This document shows, piece by piece, positions 52,305 through 62,629 of a stretch of DNA of 64,000 nucleotides (the stretch's first letter is position 1; every line of letters begins with the position of its first letter). The notes beneath the pieces were generated by a model, which made no database searches, had not been told where the DNA came from, and saw nothing but the letters and a program-made list of their open reading frames with translations. The DNA is from Candidatus Bathyarchaeota archaeon. GTDB lineage: Archaea > Thermoproteota > Bathyarchaeia > Bathyarchaeales > Bathycorpusculaceae. The stretch covers positions 1-64,000 of the forward strand of contig CAVYXJ010000009.1 of the NCBI GenBank assembly GCA_963772455.1, given 5' to 3'. The position numbers and the translations under genes are program-made.

Positions 52305-52716
52305 GTGGCTTATACACATTTCTAAACAAAACAAGACATACCAACGTTAATAGATCAAAAAACCTTTTGATCAAAAAAGAGATTTTTTTAATTCTAATCG
52401 ACGTAATTCTCCATTTTCATAACGCATTTCGCAAACGATTTAGCAAGTCGATCCTCAGTCTGGAAATAGAGCGACCTTGATACCTTCAATAAATGAATCT
52501 AAATTTAGCCTTTCAAAAGTTCATCCATTAACGTAAGTAAAAAATATCCTTGCTGTTTATCCAACTTAGTACAGGATAGACCATGAAATAAGTTGTAGAC
52601 TTCGACGCCATATTTCTCTTTAAGTTGTTTCACATTTTGTTCAATAATTTCAGTGCTGGAATTTTTACTCATAGAAGTCCTTCACTTCTTCTAGTTTAAT
52701 CTATCAGATTTAAGAT

Positions 52717-53064
52717 TTATTGCCACCAGTGCTTCTTTGGTTCAACAAAGACAATTCTATCATCTCGCGTTAATTCGAAAACCTTACTTAAATTATATTT
52801 TTCAACTTTCGCTTCATAAGAACCCTCTGCAAGTTTAGCTATTACAATACCATTGTTATCAGTATTCATCGAGAACATCAATTTTTTAAAAGGAGAGCCA
52901 TTTTTGAGATTTTCAGTCCATTCCGAGACGGATATAGGCGTCTTTTCCAATCTGAAAACTTTGACGTTAACATTCGCAATTGGTTTATTTGCTTGAAAAT
53001 CAACCACATTTACAATAAGCGAGTTGATCTTTTCCAAAGCACCATCAATTTTTTGTGTTTCCAA
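52717..53064 (-). CDS. Carboxypeptidase-regulatory-like (beta-sandwich) domain protein
   Basis: VNVVD..NKPIANVNVKV...TDNNG......L.EGSY. Confidence 0.65.
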   Translation of the reverse strand: METQKIDGALEKINSLIVNVVDFQANKPIANVNVKVFRLEKTPISVSEWTENLKNGSPFKKLMFSMNTDNNGIVIAKLAEGSYEAKVEKYNLSKVFELTRDDRIVFVEPKKHWWQ

Positions 53065-53386
53065 TTAGTAAACCTGAACAGTTCTATTCTGTAACTTGTT
53101 GATTTAAGATTTGTTAGTCTAAGTCCTTCTTTTTCCCGCACTAACAGCAGGCACTCTTGACGACAACTACTTTTTTTTCTTTTTTCTGTTTTTATTTTTC
53201 TTATTTAATTATGATGCGTCTTTTAGTAGCCTTAAGATATTTTTCATACAAGCTCTTATCATTTTCATTTCTAATATTTCTAAATCCTTTTCCTGTTCAT
53301 TTTCTATGTTCATTCAACGTAAATGTTTACCTTTACGTCCCGCTTCATTGACAGTTTTCCTCAGCCATTCAGAAGTTTGATTTGCT

Positions 53387-53659
53387 TTAATCTTTAAGTT
53401 TGAACAGAAGTACAGCAACTACTGTAGTCATTGTTCCTAACCAGAATATTAGGTCAACAATCAAGTTAAGTATGTTAACACTCCAATTGTCAACGGGTCC
53501 TGCAAAAGTGCTTAACGTATTTGTTCCCCATGTTAAGGGCAATCCATAATCTACGTGGACATAATCGGGCCAGTTGTAGGTAACTCCAACTATCAATGCC
53601 AAGGACGTTACAAAAATCCAGATCAATAGAAACATCAATATCAGAAATTTTTTTCTCAT
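53387..53659 (-). CDS. Small 2-TM membrane protein
   Basis: TM-WPD..H..YGLPL.W-TM. Confidence 0.7.
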   Translation of the reverse strand: MRKKFLILMFLLIWIFVTSLALIVGVTYNWPDYVHVDYGLPLTWGTNTLSTFAGPVDNWSVNILNLIVDLIFWLGTMTTVVAVLLFKLKD

Positions 53660-53797
53660 AAAGAAAACTAAAACTGACTCTCCCTAAAAAGTTTGTCCAA
53701 GCAAATCAAATCCATCTGTTCTAACTCATAGACACACTGTTCTGTTGATTAGTATAATATTAGACGCAGGTATTATCACATACCAAGGTAACAAGAA

Positions 53798-55720
53798 ATG
53801 ATTCAACAAGAAGTCAAAAAGAAAATGCGAATTTACGGCACAGCAGCAGTTCTAGCCGCAATGGTCCTAGTATCAGTAGTTTTCGTTTTAGGTTCAACAC
53901 CAGGTTTAACACCCCTAACAAATCAACCAGCGACTTCAAATTTGAGAACTTTTACAGATGAATCTGAACTTAGAAACTTTCTACTCACCAACAGTCAAGG
54001 AAGCACCAATTACGCCGGTGGACCTTTGGATTCAAAATTTTTAGGAGAAGGTTCACGTGATGCTTCATTTACGACAGCTGCCCCAACCATGGCATCTGAA
54101 TCCGCTTCCCAAGGCAATTCTCATTCAACAACAAACATCCAAGTAGCAGGTGTTGACGAAGCAGACATCGTAAAAAATGATGGTAGCTACCTCTATGTTG
54201 CATCCAACGATAATTCAAACTACATTTACATTCTAAAAGCTGATCCACAAGACCCAAGAACAATTTCAAGAATAACCCTTGACAACAACGTATACTTGGC
54301 AGGAATGTACCTAAGTCAAGACAGCAATAAACTCGTCGTTATAGGCAGCGAATACCAAGTTTACGCCCTCGATATAATGGCTCCGCGTGAAGGATATATT
54401 TCCCCCTACCTCAACGAAGTCAGAACATTTGTCAATGTTTACGACGTATCAGACAAAGTTAACCCAATACTTGCAAGAAACTTCACATTGAGCGGCAGCT
54501 ACTTCAACAGCCGAATGATCGGTGACTACGTATACGCCATAGTCAGCCAACCAGCCTACATCTTAGAAAACAACGCATTGCCTCTACCAACAGTCTATGC
54601 AGATGCAGCAACCTCAGAAATAGCCCCCTCAAAAATATACTACTCAGACTCGGCAAACTACTCCGACATAGCCAACAACTACTTCACTTACACAACATTT
54701 GTCGGCTTAAACATAAACGATAACGCAGAAAAACTGACAAATATGACAGTTTTGATGGGAGGAGCAAGCACCATGTATGTTTCACTCGACAACATTTACG
54801 TTACTTATCCAACATGGAGCGAAGCAGGAGATTATACTTCAATCTACCGAGTTAGCGTAAACAAAGACGTTTTAACATTTGAAACCAAAGGAAGCGTACC
54901 AGGTTACATCTTAAACCAATATTCAATGGATGAATACAACAGTAACTTTAGAATTGCAACAACCTCACAAAAACAACAAAGCAGCAGCAACATTTACGTA
55001 TTAAACATGAATTTGACCGTTGTCGGAAAAATAGAAAACCTAGCTGTAACCGAAACAATCTACTCAGCTAGATTCATGGGCAACAAAGCATACTTAGTTA
55101 CTTTTAGACAAACAGACCCATTCTTCGTGATCGATCTCAGCAACCCAACAGAACCAAAAGTCGCAGGAGAACTCAAAATCCCAGGATACTCAAGCTACCT
55201 CCACATGTACGACGAGAACCACGTCATTGGCCTTGGCATGGAAAACAACACAGTAAAACTATCGCTATTTGATGTAACAAACGTGAACAACCCAACAGAA
55301 ATAGCAAAATACATTGTTCAAGGTGACTACACATCATCAGACGCGCTTTACGATCCAAAAGCATTCCTATTCGACAATGCAAAAGAATTACTAGTTATTC
55401 CAGTCTCAATTACCCAATATGGAGTTATTAATAGCGGAAACGTAGTTCCTCCAAGCGGCAAAGATGTTGGAATAGCTCCTCTACAAGGCGGCTACTGGCA
55501 AGGAGCCTACGTGTTCAAACTAACTCCCGCAGGTTTCGAATTAGAAGGCGGCATAACACACCAAGAAACCACAAACCAACAAAACTATTACGGCGACTAT
55601 AACCTAAGCGTTATCAGAGCTCTATACATCGATAACACGCTTTATACAATATCCAATGGAAAAGTCAAACTCAACAGCCTAACAGACCTTACACAAATCG
55701 CAGAAATCATTATCAAATAA
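53798..55720 (+). CDS. Secreted beta-propeller domain protein (Beta_propel/PF09826-like)
   Basis: STTNIQVAGVDEADIVKNDG, LNQYSMDE, IYSARF, LVTFRQTDPFFVIDL, GELKIPGYSSYLH. Confidence 0.9.
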   Translation: MIQQEVKKKMRIYGTAAVLAAMVLVSVVFVLGSTPGLTPLTNQPATSNLRTFTDESELRNFLLTNSQGSTNYAGGPLDSKFLGEGSRDASFTTAAPTMASESASQGNSHSTTNIQVAGVDEADIVKNDGSYLYVASNDNSNYIYILKADPQDPRTISRITLDNNVYLAGMYLSQDSNKLVVIGSEYQVYALDIMAPREGYISPYLNEVRTFVNVYDVSDKVNPILARNFTLSGSYFNSRMIGDYVYAIVSQPAYILENNALPLPTVYADAATSEIAPSKIYYSDSANYSDIANNYFTYTTFVGLNINDNAEKLTNMTVLMGGASTMYVSLDNIYVTYPTWSEAGDYTSIYRVSVNKDVLTFETKGSVPGYILNQYSMDEYNSNFRIATTSQKQQSSSNIYVLNMNLTVVGKIENLAVTETIYSARFMGNKAYLVTFRQTDPFFVIDLSNPTEPKVAGELKIPGYSSYLHMYDENHVIGLGMENNTVKLSLFDVTNVNNPTEIAKYIVQGDYTSSDALYDPKAFLFDNAKELLVIPVSITQYGVINSGNVVPPSGKDVGIAPLQGGYWQGAYVFKLTPAGFELEGGITHQETTNQQNYYGDYNLSVIRALYIDNTLYTISNGKVKLNSLTDLTQIAEIIIK

Positions 55721-56025
55721 ATTTCTTTTCTTTTTTAATTAAAAAAAAATTATTATCACGGTTTTTTCCATTAATCAAATATGTTAATTTTTTTTTGAAA
55801 CTCAGGTATGCAGAAATTAAATTGTTCAACGTAATAACCCATCTTTTCCTACTTTTTGATTGCCACCCAAAAAAATGGTTTTCCCTAAGCAAAACTAAAA
55901 TTTGGCAACGCCCCTAATATTATAGAAAACAATATCAGTTCAATCAAAAACCATTCTAAGCCAAAAATATTAAGGAGTTTGCTTTTTGAAAAGAAATATA
56001 CAGAACATAGAGGAAAAGATTAAGA

Positions 56026-57120
56026 ATGTCAGTTTTTGCCTTTGACCAAGATACAATAAGTACGATTCGGTATTTACTGGCACTCCATCGCTTTAAAGAG
56101 TATTTAGTTGGACCTAAAGGACTATACGAAAATCTTTGCTCAGTATCTTTCAATAGAGTACTAATCCAGACCAGCCTAAAATTCACAAAGTTTCAGAAGG
56201 AAAATCCAAGTGATATAAAACCCTATGAGGTCATCCGTTTCTTGGAGCAGAAAAGCCATATCAACCCTTCGACAGCCCAAAAACTCAGAGAATACGTGGA
56301 TTTTTACGACCTCCTTATGAACCCTAATTCTCAAATCGACCAAAAAAAGATTAACCTTAAAGCTCAAGAAATATTGCGGTTTCTTTGCACTGAGGCAGGC
56401 TTGAACCAAGATAAAGAACTCAGAAATAGAACATTTGAGGATATAGCAACTCTTGGAACAAAGCTACCTTCTGCAAATGAGAAATACGAGAAGCTTGATG
56501 ATTCTGATTTTGACAATTTAAATAAACTTTATGAGAAGTGTCCAGCTTTGCAACTGGAAATAGGAAAAAAGTTAACACCCTCATTACAGGCTGCTCAAAT
56601 ATCAGGCTTTACGCCCAATACTGGCGGAATTTTGCTACCTTTTCTGACACATGAAACAAAGGATAATAGTGCCCTCTTTGAAAAGGCAAATGTTGGAGTA
56701 ACATTTACACCAGTTGATATTAGGATAGGATTGAACTTCGGAAGTCAAGCTCACAAGTACAAGATACGATATTACGAAATGCTTCTAAATGGAGAATTAA
56801 TGAACGAGTTTGAATCGCTCAACCGAAAAGACACTGGTTACTGCCTCTGTGACACTTTTTGGCACTATAACATAAGAAATTTGCAGTCCCTTCAATGGTG
56901 TCTCACCCTGTATGGCAGTACCAAGATTAATATCGAAAATGCAATTGAAGAGACTATTCAGCTAAAAGGAACCCCGCTGACAGCAAACAAATACTTAATC
57001 AGTAAAGTGATTAGAAGAAGCCGGGAAGATTTTGCTTACATTTTAAACGGAATTGTTGAAGAGATTTCCAAGACGCTTAATGAACTTTCCCCTACAATAG
57101 AACGCATCAATAAAGCATAA
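56026..57120 (+). CDS. Hypothetical cytoplasmic protein (364 aa)
   Basis: Long ORF; helical N-half, alpha/beta C-half. Confidence 0.75.
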   Translation: MSVFAFDQDTISTIRYLLALHRFKEYLVGPKGLYENLCSVSFNRVLIQTSLKFTKFQKENPSDIKPYEVIRFLEQKSHINPSTAQKLREYVDFYDLLMNPNSQIDQKKINLKAQEILRFLCTEAGLNQDKELRNRTFEDIATLGTKLPSANEKYEKLDDSDFDNLNKLYEKCPALQLEIGKKLTPSLQAAQISGFTPNTGGILLPFLTHETKDNSALFEKANVGVTFTPVDIRIGLNFGSQAHKYKIRYYEMLLNGELMNEFESLNRKDTGYCLCDTFWHYNIRNLQSLQWCLTLYGSTKINIENAIEETIQLKGTPLTANKYLISKVIRRSREDFAYILNGIVEEISKTLNELSPTIERINKA

Positions 57121-57189
57121 GCTTGAACTCTCGGATGCCTTTCTGGGTGAATTCTCCAAAATTTGGACTTGAAAGTCTAACGTTATTTT

Positions 57190-58989
57190 TTATGGAGGGC
57201 TTTGATTGCTAAAGTCAGTGACCATCCATCTATCATCGCGTATTTCTATTTGAGCAAAGATTGTTTGTCCTGGCAATGTTGAAATGAGTTCATTCCATTG
57301 CTGTGCAGAGATATCTTTAGGTGTAGCTTCAATCCAGGGGTAAGTATTGCTATTCAAACGCAAAATTATATGTGTGGTTCCATCTTGAACATACTCATAA
57401 GAATTTAAAACGTTAGCGGAAATTCTAATATCTGAAGATACAATAGCTCCAAACAGTTTAGCGTATTCAAGTCTTGTTTGCTCCACCAATTGTTCACTAG
57501 TTATTCCTTCTTGATTTATAGTTGAAACAATCTTGTTAGTATCCTGCGCATCAACAATTGCGAAACCTGCCAAGTAAATCGTCTCATCACTCTCACCGCT
57601 TCCCTCATTCCAATAAATAGGAACATACCAAGCAAGTCGATTGTTTCCAGGAGTAACTTCAACAGTGTAAAGCAAAGGCATTACAGCGTAATAATCTCCA
57701 GTTGCAGGTTTGGGCAGTCTTCCTTCAACCAGATCTTCCGCCGTCATGCCGGAAATATAGTTTGATTGCTTAAGATCGTAATAAAGAACACCTTCACGAG
57801 TGGCCTTAAACACTCCAGACAGCGTTCTCTGATTTTCGGCTGGATTAACACATACCAAGGCTACAACATCCTTGTTTTCAGGATCTACAACATAACGAGT
57901 ATCCTCAGTCATCTGAAAACGATCCTGACTTGGCGGAACTATCCACAAAAACCCACCCGCAAAATAATCAAAACCATTGCCACGTTTAAAGTTACCAAAC
58001 TCGTTAATCATGTTCTCAAGCCAATCTTCATCGTAAACTTGAGTCATCCATGTTGGAATTTGGCTCAATGTTTTTGGCTCATATTCTAAATTACCTTGAG
58101 AATCATAAGCCAATGGTGTTTCGTATCTTCTTACAAAATCAAATCCCAAATTGTAACTGGTAACAACATAGATCGATTGATTAGTATCCATGTTCCAAGT
58201 CGGATATGACACACCGTAAGTCTTCGTCATATCATCTACATAGTTGCGAAAAGGAATATTTCGGTCCCAAAATAAGCCTTGCCCTACGTTAAATTGGATA
58301 TGCACTATTTTTGGGGCAGCAGCAGGTTCATTTGCATCCACAATAACGAATCCCTTGATGTAGTTTTCTGATATTATATTCGTTGAACCAATCGTTGCAA
58401 CCCACACTAATTTTCCTTCAGGAGACTTTGTAACGTGGCAATCCAATACCTGCGTGTTGCTACCAAACTCGGACATGTGACGTCTCGCAATCGAAATTGC
58501 TAGTTCTTGAGTCACCAAACGTACCATGTTATCCGGAATTGTGGTGCTAAAAGGTAAACCTGAAGTTTGTTGAATAAAACCATTGAAGTAATTGGCATTT
58601 GTTACTCGTTGAACTTCGCCAAACACTGTTATTCCGGATATCGAAACCAAAAAGATAGCAACCAAAATAATTCCAAGAAGTGTTCTTCTTTGTTTGAGCT
58701 TAAACTGAAACAGCGGTAATTGGCCTGATCGGAAATTGTTATCAAATTGCTCGACTTTAAAAAGTTTCATGGAAACAAAGTATTCAAAGAATGCTACGGC
58801 AAACCTTGAAAAAAACAGGAAATAAACAAATGTGCTAAGAGGAGTCTGGACAAGGACATTAATTCCAAAAAGAATTAACCCTATTACTAATGAGGCTATT
58901 CGACGAATCGACAAAATCCTAAATTTTGTAGGGGGTAATGGAATGTACCATATTATTGCCCAAATGGCAAGAAAAACCAGTAAATTCAA
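57190..58989 (-). CDS. Membrane protein with large extracytoplasmic domain (599 aa)
   Basis: About 4 N-terminal TMs, then a ~480 aa soluble domain. Confidence 0.8.
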   Translation of the reverse strand: MNLLVFLAIWAIIWYIPLPPTKFRILSIRRIASLVIGLILFGINVLVQTPLSTFVYFLFFSRFAVAFFEYFVSMKLFKVEQFDNNFRSGQLPLFQFKLKQRRTLLGIILVAIFLVSISGITVFGEVQRVTNANYFNGFIQQTSGLPFSTTIPDNMVRLVTQELAISIARRHMSEFGSNTQVLDCHVTKSPEGKLVWVATIGSTNIISENYIKGFVIVDANEPAAAPKIVHIQFNVGQGLFWDRNIPFRNYVDDMTKTYGVSYPTWNMDTNQSIYVVTSYNLGFDFVRRYETPLAYDSQGNLEYEPKTLSQIPTWMTQVYDEDWLENMINEFGNFKRGNGFDYFAGGFLWIVPPSQDRFQMTEDTRYVVDPENKDVVALVCVNPAENQRTLSGVFKATREGVLYYDLKQSNYISGMTAEDLVEGRLPKPATGDYYAVMPLLYTVEVTPGNNRLAWYVPIYWNEGSGESDETIYLAGFAIVDAQDTNKIVSTINQEGITSEQLVEQTRLEYAKLFGAIVSSDIRISANVLNSYEYVQDGTTHIILRLNSNTYPWIEATPKDISAQQWNELISTLPGQTIFAQIEIRDDRWMVTDFSNQSPP

Positions 58990-59110
58990 GTCTCTTCCTC
59001 AAGAGAAAATATAGACCTTTCAATATTTAAAATAAACTAAAAAATAAACCAATTAAGGTTTAAAGAGTTATATTTCAAAAAGATAATATAATTCATTAGG
59101 GAGAATTGGC

Positions 59111-59593
59111 TTGGCTGGTTCAGATTTCATAGTATCGCTGGCTTTATGGTTCTTTCGAGCTTTCATTTCAAGTCTGATTTGTCTGCTAATTGGATACATA
59201 GGAATAAAGTGCATAACCCTTCTAACAACCAAAATCAAAGAGTTCGAGAGCCTCAAGGGTAATTCTTTAGCAACTAGTCTCTTTGTAGGTGGCTTTTTTG
59301 TTTATGCAGGTTTAGTAGTTTATGGCTCAATGGTTAATCCATTCTTTCTATCTCAATCAGTCAATTTAGGCGCTTATTTCAATCTGCAAAGACTTCTGGT
59401 TGTCGCAATCAGTTTCTTTGTAAGCTTATTCTTCGGCGGTTTATTCTACTTAGTTTTTGCAAAACTTCGACCATTCGGCATTGACTTAAATGATATCAAC
59501 AAACATCCATTAGCTATCGGAGTCTATTTGTTTTGCTATGAAGTGTTCTTAGGGCTAATAATGTTAGCAAGCTTAACCCTTCCGATAGGATAA
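59111..59593 (+). CDS. DUF350-like 4-TM membrane protein
   Basis: Two internal repeats LT..I.E...L.GN.LA.. / L..FGIDLNDI....LAI. Confidence 0.6.
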   Translation: MAGSDFIVSLALWFFRAFISSLICLLIGYIGIKCITLLTTKIKEFESLKGNSLATSLFVGGFFVYAGLVVYGSMVNPFFLSQSVNLGAYFNLQRLLVVAISFFVSLFFGGLFYLVFAKLRPFGIDLNDINKHPLAIGVYLFCYEVFLGLIMLASLTLPIG

Positions 59594-59606
59594 CTGGCGA
59601 TATCAA

Positions 59607-60420
59607 TTGTCCAGCAAGTTACGACTCCTTTTGTTCTCGTTTCTTTTTATCACATTTTTAACTATAGGACAGACTGTAAAGGGATCTCCTGCTTCTAGCT
59701 TCAATCTACAAGATGGTGATTGGTTTGACAATTTTGGAATAGACAGAAACTACTATGCCGGACTTCACGGATATTTACCCAACCTTGCAACAGAAACACT
59801 CAACGAAAACAAGGAACTTGCTTTCACTATTGGTGAAACATTTTTAGCAGAATATCCAAGTGAGAATGAAAGGGCAGTTGCTATTTTGAAGTATGTTCAG
59901 CAGTGGACAGAATATGGCTATGATAGCGATAATGTTGTCAGAGATGGAGTTGCTCAAGAAGAATGGGCATGGAATGCTGATGAAATGGCTCACGCACTTT
60001 AACCAAGCTACAGGCATTACAGCCGTCGGAGACTGCGAAGACTTGGCTTTCTTATGTGGCACAATCTATGTTGGAGCGGGTTTTGATGCAGCTGTAGTAG
60101 ACGCTCCCGATCATGTTGCTCTTTTAATTTGGCTTCCCGAATTTTCTAACGCAAATAGCTACTGGGACGTTCCCAATGACAATAGAGATGCTGGCTGGAT
60201 TTGGGTTGAAGCCACAGGCAGTTCTAACCCTCTTGGATGGACTCCACCTGACTACCAAGATGGTGGATGGACGGCATACTCGATTGGTTCGTTGGAGTTT
60301 GTTTCTGAACCCCTACCGACTGAGGACACTTCGCCAACAATTAACTTGGATCTTCTTCTGGTAATTGGTTTTATTTTACTTTTAGTTATTCTTGCTCTTT
60401 CGAGGGTACGTAGAAGATAA
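59607..60420 (+). CDS. Membrane-anchored transglutaminase-like Cys protease (+1 frameshift near 59997)
   Basis: Joined ORFs give signal peptide, YVQ...YGYD, GDCEDLA, DHVAL, WVEAT, C-terminal TM + RVRR. Confidence 0.72.
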
Positions 60421-60521
60421 TCATAATCTACCATCTTGCAAAAATAAAAATGCATGCGGACTCATAAGAATCACAAAATACTTAACAGCCATTATTCACA
60501 ATCTTCTAATGGCTGCTTCAA

Positions 60522-61577
60522 ATGCTTCGAACCACGCATAAAGCGATCGCCGAAAGAATCGCTTCTGAATTAAGATTCTCTGAAGAAAACACTAAAATTT
60601 TTATAGATGGATCAACTGGACCAGATTCTCAGGGCGATTTTCCTCACGCAACAGGCCACAACAAAAAAACATTACTTAAAATTGACAAAGCTCGAAACCT
60701 ATTTCTACAAAACGATGAATACGCCTATGGTGAGCTTGCAAATGCACTTCACTACATACGGGATAAATGGACCCATAACCCAGAAGTTGAAACAGAACAG
60801 GTTCTAATTTTGGATGACGACAAATTTCTAAAATCAGTCGAGAAGTTAAACATTCCAAAGAAAGTCGCTGAAGAATACATGAGCTTAGCTAACATGCTTC
60901 TCTTCACAAAGAATTCAGGTATCGACTCCTGGTTTGATCATTCTTGGGGAATTTGGCATAGAGATTACTCAAGTTGCGTCTATGTTTTTGCGGACATACT
61001 AGAACTCATGCTACCCACACTCCAACCTGATACCTCAATTACGGGTAACAAAGAAAAGTTGAAAGCTTATGTTAAATCTAAAGCATTCAAAAACGCCACT
61101 CAAAATGGATTCTTCGCTTCCGTCTTAACTAATTTTGTTTACCCCAAACTAGCAGGTTATGCTGCTGCAGTGTACTCTTTGGCATCGCTTAGCCCACCGG
61201 TAGGTTGTAGCAACTCATTGCTTGACCTAAATATAGCTTACAGGTTAAGTCTGGAAATAGCTCGGTACACTCTGATGTCTCCTGAACAATTCAAATACAG
61301 TGACAGTTGGACAAATGGAATAAAAGACGAAAATGAAGAAAGAATTCCTCTTAATTACATATTGCCGCAATATCACGTTTTAATACCTAAACACCAGGAT
61401 GAGGTTCATAAGGAAAGGCTTCAGCTTTTTGATGCCGAAGCCGAGAGCTTTTTAGCAGAATTATCCATGATAAACGAGGTATCTCCAATCTTTAAATGTC
61501 GTTCTGGAACTTGGATCATTCTCTTTTTCAGACTCATTGAGTTGCTTAGAACAAATAGCCCAAAGCAAGAGCCATAA
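60522..61577 (+). CDS. Zinc-dependent phospholipase C/P1 nuclease-like N-terminal domain protein
   Basis: TH..IA near the N-terminus, GS.GPD, PH, L.NALHYI.D. Confidence 0.6.
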   Translation: MLRTTHKAIAERIASELRFSEENTKIFIDGSTGPDSQGDFPHATGHNKKTLLKIDKARNLFLQNDEYAYGELANALHYIRDKWTHNPEVETEQVLILDDDKFLKSVEKLNIPKKVAEEYMSLANMLLFTKNSGIDSWFDHSWGIWHRDYSSCVYVFADILELMLPTLQPDTSITGNKEKLKAYVKSKAFKNATQNGFFASVLTNFVYPKLAGYAAAVYSLASLSPPVGCSNSLLDLNIAYRLSLEIARYTLMSPEQFKYSDSWTNGIKDENEERIPLNYILPQYHVLIPKHQDEVHKERLQLFDAEAESFLAELSMINEVSPIFKCRSGTWIILFFRLIELLRTNSPKQEP

Positions 61578-61660
61578 ATTGGCTGACTCTTCACCAATTT
61601 CCCCTCTTCTAAATAGTAATAATGACGAAAATTTATCTGGTGCAACTTTGATATTTACAT

Positions 61661-62143
61661 ATGGAAAATGTCGAATATAATGAGTGGGTTCCTGCAGGAA
61701 CTTTAGTAAAGAGTTTATTTTCAGGCGTTATCTTAATTATCATAGTTGTAACTTTTGCAATTCTAATTTTCAATAAAGAATTTTTAATTGAAGATATTTT
61801 GGGAATTTCATTCGCTTGGGTGGTTTTGGCAATCTTGGCGTTAGTATTCTGGAATTACCGAGGGCTTCAAATAAAAATTAATGACAAGAGTCTCTCGGTA
61901 AATTATGGTCGATTTGATAAAAAGTCCTTTTTACTCAAAGATATTACGTCTTGCAAAACAACCAAAGCGTTTGGCAGATACCTTGGAGTAGGGGTAAGGG
62001 CTGGAATAGACGGGTCAATGGCTTATACAACTTCGTTTGCCAGAGCCGTTGAAGTTACACCCAAGGAAGGCAGAGTGTTTGTCTTTTCCTCTAAAAACCC
62101 TGAGAGAATATGCGAAATCATAAACCTAAAAAATCAAATCTAA
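61661..62143 (+). CDS. 2-TM membrane protein with C-terminal PH-like domain
   Basis: Two TMs then L.IKI....L.V.YG, G.GVR, FVFSSKNPE. Confidence 0.7.
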   Translation: MENVEYNEWVPAGTLVKSLFSGVILIIIVVTFAILIFNKEFLIEDILGISFAWVVLAILALVFWNYRGLQIKINDKSLSVNYGRFDKKSFLLKDITSCKTTKAFGRYLGVGVRAGIDGSMAYTTSFARAVEVTPKEGRVFVFSSKNPERICEIINLKNQI

Positions 62144-62176
62144 AAGTGTTCCCAAGTTACAAACTTTAGGGTCGCT

Positions 62177-62623
62177 TTGATTACTGTAGCCGTAGTTTTG
62201 GTTTATGCCTTTGGAAGTTTCATTGGCGGTAGACTCATCGATAGATTCGGTCGAAAACGTTTCGTTGTTTATACTTGGTTCACAAGAGGCATACTGATTG
62301 CAGCTGTTGTGTTTATGCCCGATGTTTATAGCGCACTTTTTATGTCATTTATCGCAACTTTGATCGGCGGTTTCGCAGTCACGGGATCACATAATTTGAT
62401 TGTTGAACAAGTACCCACATCTCGAGGAACAATGATGTCGATAAACGGAGTCTTCACTTCAATCGGAATCACCATAGGAACCGCATTTGGAGGTCTTGCC
62501 CTTACTCAAGGTTTCCAAATGTTGGGCTTATCACTTGGAATATTCGCAGTCATTGCAGCACTAATAATCTTTATAGCCGCCAAAGAACCTTGCTTACCTT
62601 CTAAAAGCCCAGTTTCGGGTTGA
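62177..62623 (+). pseudogene. C-terminal fragment of an MFS transporter
   Basis: GGRLIDRFGRKR motif A and EQVP.SRGTMMS; only ~5 TMs, no N-half. Confidence 0.7.
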
Positions 62624-62629
62624 AAACTG

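Noticed and set aside
52166-52480. 104-aa plus-strand ORF in the track
   Set aside because: It has a weak start and unremarkable composition, and it overlaps the better-supported minus-strand Cys mini-protein and its promoter.
53209-53313. 34-aa minus-strand ORF MNIENEQEKDLEILEMKMIRACMKNILRLLKDAS
   Set aside because: It is a plausible helix but has no clear SD or motif, so the evidence is insufficient.
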